Notes: a model not told the origin generated them from the sequence alone. A stretch of 64,000 nt of DNA from Chloroflexia bacterium (GCA_034437815.1 DAOTTC010000072.1:15041-79040); one strand, 5' to 3'. Positions 1 through 10,550 are shown, counted from the first letter of the stretch. A program made the numbers and translations.

Positions 1-772
1 CGCCGGGGGCGAAGGCGGCGTGGGTGGCACATGCGTACACCACACGAGCGCCCCGTTCCAGCAGCATCTGGGCCGCGGCCACCAGCGTTCCCCCCGTCAT
101 AATCACATCATCGATCAACAGGGCGGTCTTGCCACGCACACTGCCCACCATCTCCACAGCGTTGGCCCTGTCCACATCGGGGCGGTGTTTGGCTATGATG
201 GCTAGGTCGGCATGGCCGCCTATGCGCTCCCGGAACTCCATGGCCCAGCCCACTCGGCCCTGATCGGGGGCCACCACCACCGGGTCTGGCAGGTCCAGCT
301 CGCGACAACGGTCGGCCAGCAGGCGGCGAGCCTGCAAGTGGTCCACCGGTATGTTGAAGAAACCCTCGATGGCCGGGGCGTGCAGGTCACAAGCGAGGAT
401 GCGGTTGGCCCCGGCCACCTGAAGCAGGTCGGCCACCAGCTTGGCGGTGATGGGTTCACGCGGACGGCTCTTCTTCTCCTGCTTGGCGTAACCGTAATAG
501 GGAATGACCGCGGTGATGCGCGATGCCGATGCCCTTTTGATGGCGTCAATCATGATGAGCAGTTCCATCAGGTTGTGGTTCACCGGGTGGCAGGTGGGCT
601 GGATGACGAACACGTCGGCCCCACGCACGCTCTCCTCGATGCACACACGGGTTTCGCCGTTCTTATACTCGCTGACCACAGCTTTGCCCAGCGGCCTGCC
701 CAGATGGTTGGCGATGGCCTGCGCCAGCGCCGGGTTGGCCGTGCCTGTGAATACCTGCAAGCGGTCGGTCAT
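1..772 (-). CDS. prs: Ribose-phosphate pyrophosphokinase (PRPP synthetase), 5'-complete, runs off the window start
   Basis: Minus-strand translation from the ATG at 772-770 reads MTDRLQVFTGTANPALAQAIANHLG...VIPYYGYAKQEKK...LIDDVIMTGGTL, the classic Prs N-terminus and PRPP-binding loop. It lies immediately downstream of glmU, as in many bacteria. It is absent from the ORF track because the gene runs off the edge. Confidence 0.85.
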   Translation of the reverse strand, partial: MTDRLQVFTGTANPALAQAIANHLGRPLGKAVVSEYKNGETRVCIEESVRGADVFVIQPTCHPVNHNLMELLIMIDAIKRASASRITAVIPYYGYAKQEKKSRPREPITAKLVADLLQVAGANRILACDLHAPAIEGFFNIPVDHLQARRLLADRCRELDLPDPVVVAPDQGRVGWAMEFRERIGGHADLAIIAKHRPDVDRANAVEMVGSVRGKTALLIDDVIMTGGTLVAAAQMLLERGARVVYACATHAAFAPG

Positions 773-777
773 GGCTG

Positions 778-2259
778 TCACTCCCCTCCCTGTGATGGTT
801 GGCCTCCATCGCCTTCATCGCCTTCATGGTCATGGTCTTCATGGCTGGCCTTTTCCAGCCGGCGGATTACACGGGCCGGCACGCCCACGGCCACTGAATA
901 GGGGGGCACGTCTTTGGTCACCACACTGCCCGCCCCCGTCACCGCGCCCTCCCCCACTTCCACCGGTGCGCGCAATATGGTATCACTGCCTATGAAGGCA
1001 CGTTTGCCGATCTTGGTGGGATGCTTCTTCACGCCGTCGTAGTTAGCCGTGATGGTGCCCGCGCCTATGTTGGTGTGCTCGCCCACCTGAGAGTCCCCTA
1101 TGTAGGAGAAGTGGCCCATCGCCACGCCCCGCTCCAATGTGGAGCGCACCACCTCGGCGAAATTGCCCACGCGCACTTCCTCTTTTAGATGTGCGCCGGG
1201 GCGCAGATGGCTGTACGGGCCGATGGTCACCCCGCGCTCCACCACACTGCCTTCGATCATCGAGGCGATGATGCGGCAGTCGTCGCCTATAGTCGAGTCG
1301 ATCACATGGGTGTTGGGGCCGAGCAGGCAGTTGGAGCCGACCACCGTGCGTCCTTCCAGTATCACACCCGGATAGAGCACGGTGTCCGGTCCGATCTGCA
1401 CGTCCATACCCAGATACACCGTCTCCGGCAGGAGCATGGTCACGCCGGACTCCATCCATTTGTGGCGCAGGCGGCGCTGCACTATCTGTTCGGCGTGGCC
1501 TAACTGCACCCGGCTGTTGATGCCCATGGCCTCGTCCAACTCAGGCAGGGTGAAGGTAACCACCGCCTGCCTGCCCCGGCGCGCCGCACCCGGTATGGCC
1601 CGCTCCTCTCGGATAGCCATGCCTATCAGGTCGGTCAGGTAGTATTCGCCCTGTACGTTCATCTCCACCCTGCGCAGGTGGGGCCACAGCCATTCCGAGT
1701 CGAATACCATGACACCGGTGTTCACCTCGGATATGGCGCGCTGGGCGAGGGTAGCGTTGCGTTCTTCGACCACTTCAAGCACGTTCTGGTCTTGATCGCG
1801 CAGCACCCGCCCGTAGCCGGTGGGATCGGATGCTATACAGGTTAGCAGGGTAAGGTTGGCACGCGCCTGCCGGTGCCTGTGCAGAAGGGAGCTGAGGGTG
1901 GAAGTGCGTAGCAGGGGGGTGTCGCCGTACACTACCAGCACCGGCCCCCGGTAGTTGTGCAGGAGAGGCTCGGCCATGAGCACCGCGTGGCCGGTGCCCA
2001 ACTGCTCTTCCTGCACCACGTATTCGATAGGGATGCTGTTGTCGGGACCGTAGCCGTCGCCTAGCGCGGTCCGTACCTGATCGGCCCCATGGCCCACAAC
2101 CATTACGGTGCGCGAGGGTTGGAGGGGGGCGATTGCGCGCAGCACATGAACGGCAAGAGGTAAGCCCGCCAACCGATGCAAAGCCTTAGGTTGCCTCGAC
2201 ACCATCCTCTTGCCCAGACCTGCCGCCAGAATCACCACCGCGAGCGGCTGGTTGTCCAT
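778..2259 (-). CDS. glmU: Bifunctional UDP-N-acetylglucosamine pyrophosphorylase / glucosamine-1-phosphate N-acetyltransferase, with an acidic His/Asp/Glu-rich C-terminal tail
   Basis: Nucleotidyltransferase motif LAAGLGKRM, a left-handed beta-helix hexapeptide-repeat C-terminal half, and 493 aa. The [12 protein letters not shown] tail is encoded by short direct DNA repeats. Confidence 0.9.
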   Translation of the reverse strand: MDNQPLAVVILAAGLGKRMVSRQPKALHRLAGLPLAVHVLRAIAPLQPSRTVMVVGHGADQVRTALGDGYGPDNSIPIEYVVQEEQLGTGHAVLMAEPLLHNYRGPVLVVYGDTPLLRTSTLSSLLHRHRQARANLTLLTCIASDPTGYGRVLRDQDQNVLEVVEERNATLAQRAISEVNTGVMVFDSEWLWPHLRRVEMNVQGEYYLTDLIGMAIREERAIPGAARRGRQAVVTFTLPELDEAMGINSRVQLGHAEQIVQRRLRHKWMESGVTMLLPETVYLGMDVQIGPDTVLYPGVILEGRTVVGSNCLLGPNTHVIDSTIGDDCRIIASMIEGSVVERGVTIGPYSHLRPGAHLKEEVRVGNFAEVVRSTLERGVAMGHFSYIGDSQVGEHTNIGAGTITANYDGVKKHPTKIGKRAFIGSDTILRAPVEVGEGAVTGAGSVVTKDVPPYSVAVGVPARVIRRLEKASHEDHDHEGDEGDGGQPSQGGE

Positions 2260-2631
2260 ATTGTGCGTCCGTTCCTTCTAACTTGGTAAGGGGAGCGATT
2301 TGAGGTAGCCGTATACTAACTTATCCACAACCCGCTGTCAAGTAGGCACTGGCCAGCGCTTCCACCAATAATCTCAGGTTACCGGTAGCGGTGGCCAGTA
2401 GGCAGGAGCAGGATATCAACCACAGAAAAACCACAGAGAAACCACAGAGACACAAAGAAACACAGAGAACACAGAGTAATCGCTATGTTCCGTGCTGCAT
2501 AACCACACCTTACCCTCACCCTTTACCCCTCTTCTCTTGTGGGAAAGGGGTAAAAGGTGAGGGTCCCGGGGAGAGGCGGGCTTGGTGGCTCGGCCATCAT
2601 GCCACGTGCATCACACACTGCGCTGTGTGCT

Positions 2632-3138
2632 TTACCCCTCTTCCTCTTCTTCGCGCTTGCCCAGTTCCACATCCAACATGAGCAGAGCACCCCGGTCGTC
2701 GCCGGCCATCCTCAGCCTGTCCACGAGCAGGGTAGCGTTCTTCTCTTCTTCCACCTGCTCGGTGATGAACCATTGCATGAGGGCCTGAGTGGCATAGTCG
2801 TTTTCTTTGACGGCCAGATTGTACACCTGCTCTATCAGGCTGGTGACCCGCCGCTCGTGCTCCAGAGCCTTCTCCGCAATCTGCAGCGGGGTGCCGAAGT
2901 CTGTGCCCGGCTGGTTGATGGTCTGCAATACCACGCGCCCGCCACGGTCGTTCACAAAATCGAATATTTTCAGGGCGTGGCCCAACTCTTCCTTTGCCTG
3001 CACGCGCATCCAGTGGGCGAACCCGGGCAGGCCGGTGCGTTCGCAGTAGGCCGAGACGGCCAGATAAATGTAGGCCGAAAATAGCTCTTCTTTGATCTGG
3101 TTGTTCAGTGCATCTTGCACCGATTGTTTCAGTTCCAT
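2632..3138 (-). CDS. Ferritin-like iron storage protein (non-heme ferritin)
   Basis: 168 aa with ferritin di-iron site residues (E..EEL.HA, QWF..EQ.EEE). Ends in a poly-Glu tail. Confidence 0.8.
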   Translation of the reverse strand: MELKQSVQDALNNQIKEELFSAYIYLAVSAYCERTGLPGFAHWMRVQAKEELGHALKIFDFVNDRGGRVVLQTINQPGTDFGTPLQIAEKALEHERRVTSLIEQVYNLAVKENDYATQALMQWFITEQVEEEKNATLLVDRLRMAGDDRGALLMLDVELGKREEEEEG

Positions 3139-3229
3139 TGCTTGCTCTCCTTATGAGTGTAATGGTTGTAGTAGCCCTAAACCCCGGCGCAGGCGTGAAG
3201 AAGCGGGTAACGGGTTTTTATCTTGCCGT

Positions 3230-4633
3230 TCACTCCACTCTGGGCGGGGGCATCTGGGGACCCTGTGCCGGGCCTATCCACACGGTCTGGATGTTCACAA
3301 ACTCGCGTATGCCAAACACCGACAACTCACGCCCGTAGCCGCTCATCTTCACCCCACCGAAGGGCAGTCGCGGGTCGGAAGCTACCATGCCGTTGATGAA
3401 CACCGAGCCAGCCTGAATGCGGCGGGCGAGCCTGCGTGCCTGCTCGATGTCGCGGGTCCACAGGTTGGCGCCCAGCCCGTACACCGTGTCGTTGGCGACC
3501 CGAATGGCTTGGTCCGGGTCTTCCACCCTGATCACGGCGGCCACCGGCCCAAAGGTCTCTTCACATGCCGCAACCATGTCGGGCGACACATGAGTGAGCA
3601 CCGTGGGGGCGTAGAAGTAGCCCCGGTTGCCTATGCGGGTTGCGCCCAGCGCCACGCGTGCGCCCTGCTCTACCGTGCGCTTCACCTGTGCGTCCAGTGC
3701 GTCGCGCAGGTCGGCGCGCGCCAGCGGCCCGACCTTGGTGTCGCGGTCTAGGGGGCTACCCACTTTGTAGGTGGACGCCTCTTCCACGAACAGCCGCTCG
3801 AACTCTTCGGCCACTTCTTCGACCACGATGAAGCGCTTGGCCGCGATGCAACTCTGCCCAGAGTTGATGAAGCGTGCGCGGGCCGCCATGGAGGCCGCGG
3901 CGGGCAGGTCGGCATCGGCCAGCACGATAAACGGGTCGGACCCGCCCAGTTCCAGCACCGTCTTCTTGATGGCCCGCCCGCTCAGCCCGGCCACCTCGGC
4001 TCCTGTGGTCGAACTGCCGGTGAGCGACACCGCCCGCACCCGTCGGTCTTCGATGATAGAGGCCACGGCCTTGCCGCCTACCAGCAGACTGCGGAACGCG
4101 CCTTCGGGCAGGCCGCTCTCTCTGAACACCTGTTCCACGGCCAGCGAGCACTGGGGCACGTTGGAAGCATGTTTGAGCAACACTGTATTGCCCGCTGCCA
4201 GCGTGGGCACGGCAAACCTAAACACCTGCCAGAACGGGAAGTTCCACGGCATGATGCCCAGCACCACGCCCAATGGCTCATAGGCCACGTAGCTCTCGCG
4301 GGCGTTGGTAGACACCGGCTCCGGCGACAGAAAGCGCTCCACGTTCTCGGCGTAGTATTCGCACACCCACGCACACTTGTCTACCTCGGCTTCGGATTCC
4401 ACTATGGGTTTGCCCATTTCGAGGGTCATGAGACGCGCGAAGCGGTCTCGGTTCCGCCTCAGGTAGCGCGCCGCCTGCAACAGCATATCGGCCCGTCGGT
4501 TGAACGACGAAGCGGCCCACTCCTCGAATGTCTCGTGGGCGCCGGCCACAGCCCGCTCTATTTGCTCGGGGGTGAACTCTTCAAAGGCCGCTAGTTGCTC
4601 TTCGGTTGCTGGATTAATGGAGAGTATAGCCAT
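3230..4633 (-). CDS. NAD(P)-dependent succinate-semialdehyde dehydrogenase / aldehyde dehydrogenase family
   Basis: 467 aa. ALDH motifs ELGGSDP (Glu active site), SGQSCIAAKR (catalytic Cys) and GPxxA; GabD-like. Confidence 0.8.
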   Translation of the reverse strand: MAILSINPATEEQLAAFEEFTPEQIERAVAGAHETFEEWAASSFNRRADMLLQAARYLRRNRDRFARLMTLEMGKPIVESEAEVDKCAWVCEYYAENVERFLSPEPVSTNARESYVAYEPLGVVLGIMPWNFPFWQVFRFAVPTLAAGNTVLLKHASNVPQCSLAVEQVFRESGLPEGAFRSLLVGGKAVASIIEDRRVRAVSLTGSSTTGAEVAGLSGRAIKKTVLELGGSDPFIVLADADLPAAASMAARARFINSGQSCIAAKRFIVVEEVAEEFERLFVEEASTYKVGSPLDRDTKVGPLARADLRDALDAQVKRTVEQGARVALGATRIGNRGYFYAPTVLTHVSPDMVAACEETFGPVAAVIRVEDPDQAIRVANDTVYGLGANLWTRDIEQARRLARRIQAGSVFINGMVASDPRLPFGGVKMSGYGRELSVFGIREFVNIQTVWIGPAQGPQMPPPRVE

Positions 4634-4848
4634 CTTGTGCCTCCAACCCCCGGGTCTGCCGGGACGACTCTATTATATAACCAATGGTGCCAGCTCATAC
4701 CCATTATCCCAAGAGAGGCATGAATTTGGAAGGGAGAGATGGGAGACGCCGACGCCCCCGCACCCACACGGTACCCGCCGGCAGGGGAACACCCTCTGCT
4801 ACTTTTACCGATGCATGGCGGGGGGACGCCCGTGCTTCAATATATCAC

Positions 4849-5250
4849 CTAGTCTTCTTCTTCGACGTACTTGGATATGGGCACCCCGGCCTCGGCGAGG
4901 GCCAGCCTCAGCAGGCCGAGGGACAGGGTGGCGCACTTCATACGGGCGTAGCTGATGGGCACACCCAGCATGTCCAGAATGTCCTGACGGGTGGTGCGGG
5001 CCAGCTCTTCCAGCGGCCTGCCTATCATTTCCTCGGTGAGCATGGAAGCCGAGGCCTGACTGATGGCGCACCCCTTGCCGCTGAAGCGCACGTCCTCCAC
5101 CACCCCGTTTCGGACTTTGAGGTCCATGGACAGCCGGTCACCACACAGGGGGTTGTTGGCCTCCACGTGGATGTCGGGCTGTTCCAGATGGCCGTAGTTG
5201 CGGGGGTTTTTGTAGTGGTCCAGTATTTCTTCTGCGTACAGGGGGTCCAT
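4849..5250 (-). CDS. sufU: SufU/IscU-like Fe-S cluster assembly scaffold / sulfurtransferase
   Basis: 133 aa. NifU-like N-terminal domain with conserved Cys residues (NPLCGD, GKGCAIS, MKCATL). Immediately downstream of sufS. Confidence 0.75.
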   Translation of the reverse strand: MDPLYAEEILDHYKNPRNYGHLEQPDIHVEANNPLCGDRLSMDLKVRNGVVEDVRFSGKGCAISQASASMLTEEMIGRPLEELARTTRQDILDMLGVPISYARMKCATLSLGLLRLALAEAGVPISKYVEEED

Positions 5251-5345
5251 GTGGTCAGTCGTCAGTCGTCAATCGTCAGTTATCATAAGGTTATGGATGC
5301 GGGCGAGATGTCCACGCTCCCAAACCCAGTACCATTAATTATACT

Positions 5346-6722
5346 TTACTCTGCGAAGATGGCCTGCACCTTTTCTATGCCTTCGACCAGCGCGTCAACC
5401 TCGTCCTTCCTGTTGTAGATATAGAAGGATGCGCGGCACAGGGCGGGCACGTTCAGGTGGTGCATGAGCGGCTGGGCGCAGTGGTGCCCGGCGCGTATGG
5501 CGATGCCCTCGCGGTCCAGAATGGTGGCCGCGTCGTGCGGGTGCACGCCCTCCACCGAGAAGGCTACCACCCCGCCCTTGTGCTCGGCGTCGGGGCCGTA
5601 CACAGTCACGCCGGGCATGGCGTGCAGTCGGTCGAGGGCGTAGGCCGTCAGCTCCTGCTCGTGGGCGTGCACGTTGTGCATGCCAATGGCCGACAGGTAG
5701 TCCACCGCTGCCCCCAGCCCGATGGCCTCGGCGATGGCCGGGGTACCCGCCTCGAACTTCCACGGCAGTTCGTTGGTGGTGAAGCCCTCCAGTGTGACGG
5801 TGCTTATCATGTCGCCTCCGCCGAGGAAGGGGGGCATCTCTTCGAGCAGGTGGCGCTTACCGTACAGCACGCCGATGCCGGTTGGCCCGCACATCTTGTG
5901 GCCGGAGAAGGCGAGGAAGCCCACGTCCAGCGCCTGCACATCTACGGGCAGGTGGGGCACACTCTGTGCGCCGTCCAGCAGTACCAGCGCACCTGCCTCG
6001 TGGGCCTGCGCTATGATATCTGCCACCGGGTTGATGGTGCCCAGCACGTTGCTCATGTGGGTGATGCTCACCAGCTTCACGCCCCTGAGCAGTTCGCGCA
6101 GGTCTTTGAGCACCAGCAGGCCATGGGCATTCACGTCGAGCCAGCGCACTTTGATGCCCCGCTCGGCGGCCAGCATGTGCCACGGCACGATGTTGGAGTG
6201 GTGCTCCATCTTGCTGAGCAGTACCACGTCGCCGGGTTGCAGGTTGGCGCGGCCCCACGCATAGGCCACCAGATTGATAGCCTCGGTGGCGTTGCGGGTG
6301 AAGATTATCTCACGACTGCTCTTCGCGTTGATGAAGCGGGCTATGCGGGCGCGGGCCTTTTCATAGCGGTCGGTGGCCGACTCGCTCAGCAGGTACACGC
6401 CGCGGTGGATGTTGGCATTGGTGGTGAGGTAGTACTCGTCCATGGCGTCCAGCACCACCTGCGGCTTCTGCGAGGTGGCCGTGCTGTCCAGATATATAAG
6501 GGGCTTGCCGTGCACAGTGCGCGACAGGATAGGGAAGTCGGCGCGCACCCGGTCCCAATCCACTTCGGCGGCTGTGGACTGGGGCTTCGATTCCACCTCT
6601 ACGGACGTAGACGGGTTGGCGCTGGCCGTGTCCGCCCCATGCGGACTCGCGCCCGTGCCTGTACCTGTACCTGTGCCCGCCCTCACGTCCAGAAGTATCT
6701 TGTTGTCAGACCCGGTAATCAT
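5346..6722 (-). CDS. sufS: Cysteine desulfurase SufS (class II); the N-terminal ~50 aa are likely over-called
   Basis: PLP-lysine motif SGHKMCGPTGIGVLYGK, HHSNIVPW, and a C-terminal catalytic Cys region. The canonical SufS N-terminus (VDWDRVRADFPIL) starts ~50 codons into the ORF. The upstream part encodes a (Thr-Gly)n stretch from an (ACAGGT)n microsatellite, so the true start is probably downstream of 6722. Confidence 0.85.
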   Translation of the reverse strand: MITGSDNKILLDVRAGTGTGTGTGASPHGADTASANPSTSVEVESKPQSTAAEVDWDRVRADFPILSRTVHGKPLIYLDSTATSQKPQVVLDAMDEYYLTTNANIHRGVYLLSESATDRYEKARARIARFINAKSSREIIFTRNATEAINLVAYAWGRANLQPGDVVLLSKMEHHSNIVPWHMLAAERGIKVRWLDVNAHGLLVLKDLRELLRGVKLVSITHMSNVLGTINPVADIIAQAHEAGALVLLDGAQSVPHLPVDVQALDVGFLAFSGHKMCGPTGIGVLYGKRHLLEEMPPFLGGGDMISTVTLEGFTTNELPWKFEAGTPAIAEAIGLGAAVDYLSAIGMHNVHAHEQELTAYALDRLHAMPGVTVYGPDAEHKGGVVAFSVEGVHPHDAATILDREGIAIRAGHHCAQPLMHHLNVPALCRASFYIYNRKDEVDALVEGIEKVQAIFAE

Positions 6723-6969
6723 ATCTCACCGTCCTATGCTTATTGCGCCTCTGTCAGCATCTCCAGTGCTCTACGCACATCTTTCCTGATAAGGTTTAGC
6801 GCCGTCTTCATCGCCGCCGGCCAGTAACTCTTGCATCGGGGTGAGGGGGTGCTCCCATACGGTTTGACTGCCTTTTCCGGGCCGTATGATAATCCAGCCT
6901 TTCGCAACTGTGCCCTTCAGGTCGCGGATTCTGGGGGGCATAAGCGGTCCCTCACAGGCATTACGGGCG

Positions 6970-7010
6970 ATGGTAATGGTAATGGTAATGGTAATGGTGA
7001 TAGTGATAGA
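6970..7010. repeat. Hexanucleotide microsatellite (GGTAAT)5-(GGTGAT)(AGTGAT)
   Basis: Read directly; sits in the unusually long (350-bp) sufB/D-sufS intergenic region. Confidence 0.9.
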
Positions 7011-7073
7011 TGGGGGGAGAAAATGCAGGGGCGCCCTGACCTGCTCCGCGCCCCTGCCCTACCCTGCAACCTG

Positions 7074-8477
7074 CTACTGTGCCTCGTGTGCTTCGCCCGG
7101 CCTCTCCGCGCCCTTGCCGATGCGCGGCAGAGCCACCTTGTGCTGGATGACCTCCCTCAGCCTCTCGCGCACCGATTCGAGGGGCATCTCCTCGATCACC
7201 GGCTCGAAGAAGCCTCCCACTATCAGCTTTTCGGCCTCCACGCGGTCAATGCCCCGGCTCATCAGGTAGAATACCTGCTCTTCGGGGATGGTGCCCACGG
7301 TTGCGCCGTGCGAACACTTCACGTCGTCGGCCAGTATCTCCAGCCCGGGGATGGAGTTGGCGCGCGCCCCCTCACTCAGGAACAGGGTGTGCATCGAAAG
7401 GTAAGAGTCGGTACGCTGAGCGCCATGGTCCACCTTGATGATGCCCTCGAAGCCCAGACGCGACACGTCGCGCAGTGCGCCCTTGAACAGGATGTCGCCG
7501 TAGGTGTCCTCGGCCACGTGGTGGGTGTTGGAAGTGTTGTCGAAGTGCTGGTCGCCGTCGGTGAAGCATATACCGCGGGTGAGGGTTTTGGCGTGTCTGC
7601 CGAGGAGTTGGGTCTCGGCGTGGGCCTTGAGCAGTTTGCCGCCCATTTCCCCGATCACCCAGTGCATCAGGCCGCCCGCCTGCACGGTGGCGTAGCGGGT
7701 GGCGAACGAATACACGTTGCGGCCCCACTCTTGCAGTGACGTGAACTCCACAGTGGCCTCTTCGCCCACCGCCACCTCTACCACGCCGGAGTGCAGACCC
7801 TGCCACGGCGCATCGTCCGAGTGGAACTCTTCGATGTAGCGCACGGTGGAGCCTTTATCGGCCACGATGAGGGTGTGGCCGAGGGCCATGGCACCCCGAC
7901 CTTCCAGCCTGTACACCACGTGCACCGGCAGTTCCACGGTCACCCCTTGGGGCACGTACAGGAACACCCCGCCGGTCCACAGCGCGGTGTGCAGGGCGGC
8001 GAATTTGTCGCGGTTGGGCTTCACCAGCTGGTGCAGATACTGGCGCACGAGGTCGGGGTGATCGCGCACGGCCTCCTGAAGCGAGGTGAAGATCACGCCC
8101 TGCGAGCGCACGCTTTCGGGTATATGCAGATATGCCGGTTCGGAGTTGATCTGCACCAGCAGACTGCCCTGTCGTTCAGCTTCGCCCACCAGTGTGACGA
8201 GGTCGCGGGCGGCCTCGCCCCGGCGGGTGGCGGGCACGTAGGGGCGCATCTGCGTCAGGTCCAGCGTGCTCACATCGGTGGTCCACCACTGGGCGATGCC
8301 CTTGGTCCATTTGGGCAGGGGCAATTCCTCGAACGCCCGCCAGCCCTCAAGGCGCGACTGCCTGAGCCAGTCCGGCTCGCCGAGGCTGTCGGACAGGGCC
8401 AGCACGGCGTTGTCCCCCAGACCGGGCAGTTGCACCAGCAGGTCGGTGCGCGCTTCGGTGGCTCTAAGCGTGGTCAT
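7074..8477 (-). CDS. SufB/SufD-family Fe-S cluster assembly protein (single paralog in this locus)
   Basis: C-terminal SufBD beta-helix domain with the [11 protein letters not shown]...[12 protein letters not shown] motif. Start placed at [10 protein letters not shown] (ATG 8477-8475), overlapping the sufC stop. The track ORF extends to 8630, which is probably an upstream over-call. Confidence 0.75.
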   Translation of the reverse strand: MTTLRATEARTDLLVQLPGLGDNAVLALSDSLGEPDWLRQSRLEGWRAFEELPLPKWTKGIAQWWTTDVSTLDLTQMRPYVPATRRGEAARDLVTLVGEAERQGSLLVQINSEPAYLHIPESVRSQGVIFTSLQEAVRDHPDLVRQYLHQLVKPNRDKFAALHTALWTGGVFLYVPQGVTVELPVHVVYRLEGRGAMALGHTLIVADKGSTVRYIEEFHSDDAPWQGLHSGVVEVAVGEEATVEFTSLQEWGRNVYSFATRYATVQAGGLMHWVIGEMGGKLLKAHAETQLLGRHAKTLTRGICFTDGDQHFDNTSNTHHVAEDTYGDILFKGALRDVSRLGFEGIIKVDHGAQRTDSYLSMHTLFLSEGARANSIPGLEILADDVKCSHGATVGTIPEEQVFYLMSRGIDRVEAEKLIVGGFFEPVIEEMPLESVRERLREVIQHKVALPRIGKGAERPGEAHEAQ

Positions 8478-9474
8478 GCCCTGCCACCTCCGCTTCCGCT
8501 TCCACTTCTCCCTCGGTCTGTCCCTCGGCCTCGGTCTCGTCCATGTAGTCGGTCTTGAGCCAGTCGTAGCCCTGAGCCTCCAGTTCCTGAGCCAACTCAG
8601 GGCCGCCGGAGCGCACGATGCGCCCATCAATCATCACATGCACAAAGTCGGGTTTGACGTAGTTCAGGATGCGCTGGTAGTGGGTGACCAGCAGGATGCC
8701 CCGCTCAGGCCCGCGCAGGCGATTGATGCCCTCGGCCACCACGCGCACCGCGTCAATGTCCAGACCGGAGTCCGGCTCGTCCAGCATGGCGATCTTGGGT
8801 TTGAGCATGGCCATCTGCAAAATCTCCAGCCTCTTCTTCTCGCCGCCGGAGAAGCCGTCGTTCACGTAACGGGTGGCGAAGCTCTCGTCCATCTTAAGCA
8901 TAGCGAGGGCCTCGCGCAGCTGTTTGCGGAACTCGCGCAGGGCGGGATTGGCGCGCGCCGTGCCGCCGCGGCCCACGTAGGTGGGCTGGGCCAGCGCATG
9001 CCCGTCGCCAGTGGTGCCCGCTTCACCCACCTCACGTTTCACCTCGCCAGTCTCGGTGAGCAGTTCCTGCTCGGAGCGGGCGCGGGGTTTGGTGAGCGAT
9101 ACCAGCGCGGTGCGGATGAAGTTGGCTACGGTCACGCCGGGGATGGCCGATGGGTACTGGAAGCCGAGGAACAGGCCCAGTCTGGCCCGCTCGTCCGGCG
9201 ACAGCTCCAGCAGGTCCTCGCCGTCGAGGGTGGCCGTGCCCTCGGTGATCTCGTACAATGGGTGGCCCATGAGGGCATTGACCAGTGTGGACTTGCCCGA
9301 ACCGTTAGGCCCCATCAGGGCGTGCACCTCGCCCCGACGCACGGTCAGGTCCACTCCCTTGAGTATCTCGCGGCCTTCCACGGCCACGTGCAAGTTGCGG
9401 ATGACCAGCCCTTCGCCTGTGCTGGGCCGGTCGGCTACAGCTATATTCAGGTCGGTCTCAGCTTGGTTTGCCAT
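8464..9474 (-). CDS. sufC: Fe-S cluster assembly ATPase SufC, with an internal ~45-aa insertion and an acidic C-terminal extension
   Basis: Walker A (GPNGSGKST), ABC signature (FSGGEKKR) and Walker B (ILLVTHY..). Start chosen at MANQAETD (ATG 9474-9472). Tail [22 protein letters not shown]. Confidence 0.85.
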   Translation of the reverse strand: MANQAETDLNIAVADRPSTGEGLVIRNLHVAVEGREILKGVDLTVRRGEVHALMGPNGSGKSTLVNALMGHPLYEITEGTATLDGEDLLELSPDERARLGLFLGFQYPSAIPGVTVANFIRTALVSLTKPRARSEQELLTETGEVKREVGEAGTTGDGHALAQPTYVGRGGTARANPALREFRKQLREALAMLKMDESFATRYVNDGFSGGEKKRLEILQMAMLKPKIAMLDEPDSGLDIDAVRVVAEGINRLRGPERGILLVTHYQRILNYVKPDFVHVMIDGRIVRSGGPELAQELEAQGYDWLKTDYMDETEAEGQTEGEVEAEAEVAGHDHA

Positions 9475-9566
9475 GATTGTGTTGTGTTCCTCCTCGCGTT
9501 CAGTCGTCGGTAGTCGCATTGGGGTTTTGGGTTGCTCTCTGTATGTCAGGCATCACATCTTTACTC

Positions 9567-10325
9567 TCACTCCGGTATGCCTACCGAAGTGACATCTTTC
9601 TTCTTCTCGACCAGCCGGACGGGTGCGCTGGTGATGTGGAACTCGCAGGCGCATTGCCCGTCCACGATGCGCCCCGCCTCAGACAGTTTGACCCCCACGC
9701 CGGGGCCGAGCAGTTCGGCCAGCATCTCCTGCTCCATCTCGCATACCTCGTAGTGGCTCTTAGCCACGTCGAAGTAGGGGCAGGTGTGGGTCTTGAGCAC
9801 GTAGCTCTCGGCATGCCGGCCCTCTTGCTCTTCTGAACCGGAAGGCATCGCAGATGGCATCATGGATATCTCCATACCCGACTGGCCGAGGGCGCCCACC
9901 AGCCCCAGCAGCTTCTGGGACAACTCCTTGCCCTGCGCCTGCCCGGCGAACTTGTCGGCCATGCGCCTGCTCACGCGGTTGAGCAGCGCCTTCAGCCCTT
10001 CGGGACCGTGCAAGGCCAGCGTCTCTTCGAGCAGCAGCAGGGCCAGCGTGCCATAGTCCTTTGGGAAAAGCTCCTGCGCCTTAGGGGTGAGAGAGTACAC
10101 GTAGTAGGGGCGGCCTATCTCACCGCGCACGCGCGTGGCCTGAATGAAGCCTTCGTGCAGAAGGTGGGCCACCTGCTCGCGCACGGCGGTAGTGGTCACG
10201 CCCATCTCGGCCTCAAGGTCTTTGATGGAGGCCGAGCCAAGGCGCTGGATGATACGCAACACCTCGCCTCGCGGCGAGCCTCCGACCTGTTTGGGATCAA
10301 CCATAGTCAACAATCCTCCACTCAA
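9567..10325 (-). CDS. SufR-like transcriptional regulator (N-terminal winged-HTH, C-terminal Cys-rich putative Fe-S sensing domain)
   Basis: First gene upstream of sufCBDSU on the same strand. The HTH region is RIIQRLGSASIKDLEAEMGVTTTAVREQVAHL. The C-terminal cysteines are TCPYFDVAKSHYEVCEM...DGQCACEFH, resembling the cyanobacterial SufR Cys-X12-Cys motif. Confidence 0.5.
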   Translation of the reverse strand: MSGGLLTMVDPKQVGGSPRGEVLRIIQRLGSASIKDLEAEMGVTTTAVREQVAHLLHEGFIQATRVRGEIGRPYYVYSLTPKAQELFPKDYGTLALLLLEETLALHGPEGLKALLNRVSRRMADKFAGQAQGKELSQKLLGLVGALGQSGMEISMMPSAMPSGSEEQEGRHAESYVLKTHTCPYFDVAKSHYEVCEMEQEMLAELLGPGVGVKLSEAGRIVDGQCACEFHITSAPVRLVEKKKDVTSVGIPE

Positions 10326-10464
10326 GCGGCGCCCGGCATGCCGCCGGCACCCTGCACCGGTATGCCGGCACTACCGTCCATTATAGCATGAGAAGGCCAT
10401 CGAAGTCAATTTATACAGGGAAAACTGTGTAAAATTCGCCCCCGGCATATTTCTTGCTCTGCTG

Positions 10465-10550
10465 CTTTATACCAATTATCCATGGAAAGGCTATAAATTG
10501 AGATGAGACGCGGTCTTGTCTTGATCGCCTTTGCTCGGATAACTGGTTAG
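10465..10550. repeat. MITE-like dispersed repeat, family 1, minimal ~85-bp copy with imperfect terminal inverted repeats and an internal TATAAAT
   Basis: CTTTATACCAATTATCCATGGAAAGGCTATAAATTG...GATCGCCTTTGCTCGGATAACTGGTTAG. Related copies occur at 4671-4815, 12348-12460, 22360-22480, 31693-31760, 32610-32760, 41758-41870 and 46447-46590, in both orientations. Confidence 0.7.

Noticed and set aside
2391-2681. 96-aa plus-strand ORF in the glmU/ferritin intergenic region
   Set aside because: It is composed of the purine-rich tandem repeat and hairpin sequence and it overlaps the ferritin C-terminus. It has no coding features.
5457-6827. 456-aa plus-strand ORF, and similar long antisense ORFs (212..901 +, 8266..9513 +, 19080..20480 -, 52229..53494 +, 35245..36366 +)
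   Set aside because: Each overlaps a well-supported gene on the opposite strand (sufS, prs, sufC, the Ycf45-like gene, the NuoD-like gene, radA/thiF). None has recognisable domains. These are GC-rich frame artefacts.
6831-7739. 302-aa plus-strand ORF containing GNGNGNGNG
   Set aside because: Its N-terminus is just the (GGTAAT)n microsatellite read in frame. The remainder is antisense to the SufB/D gene.
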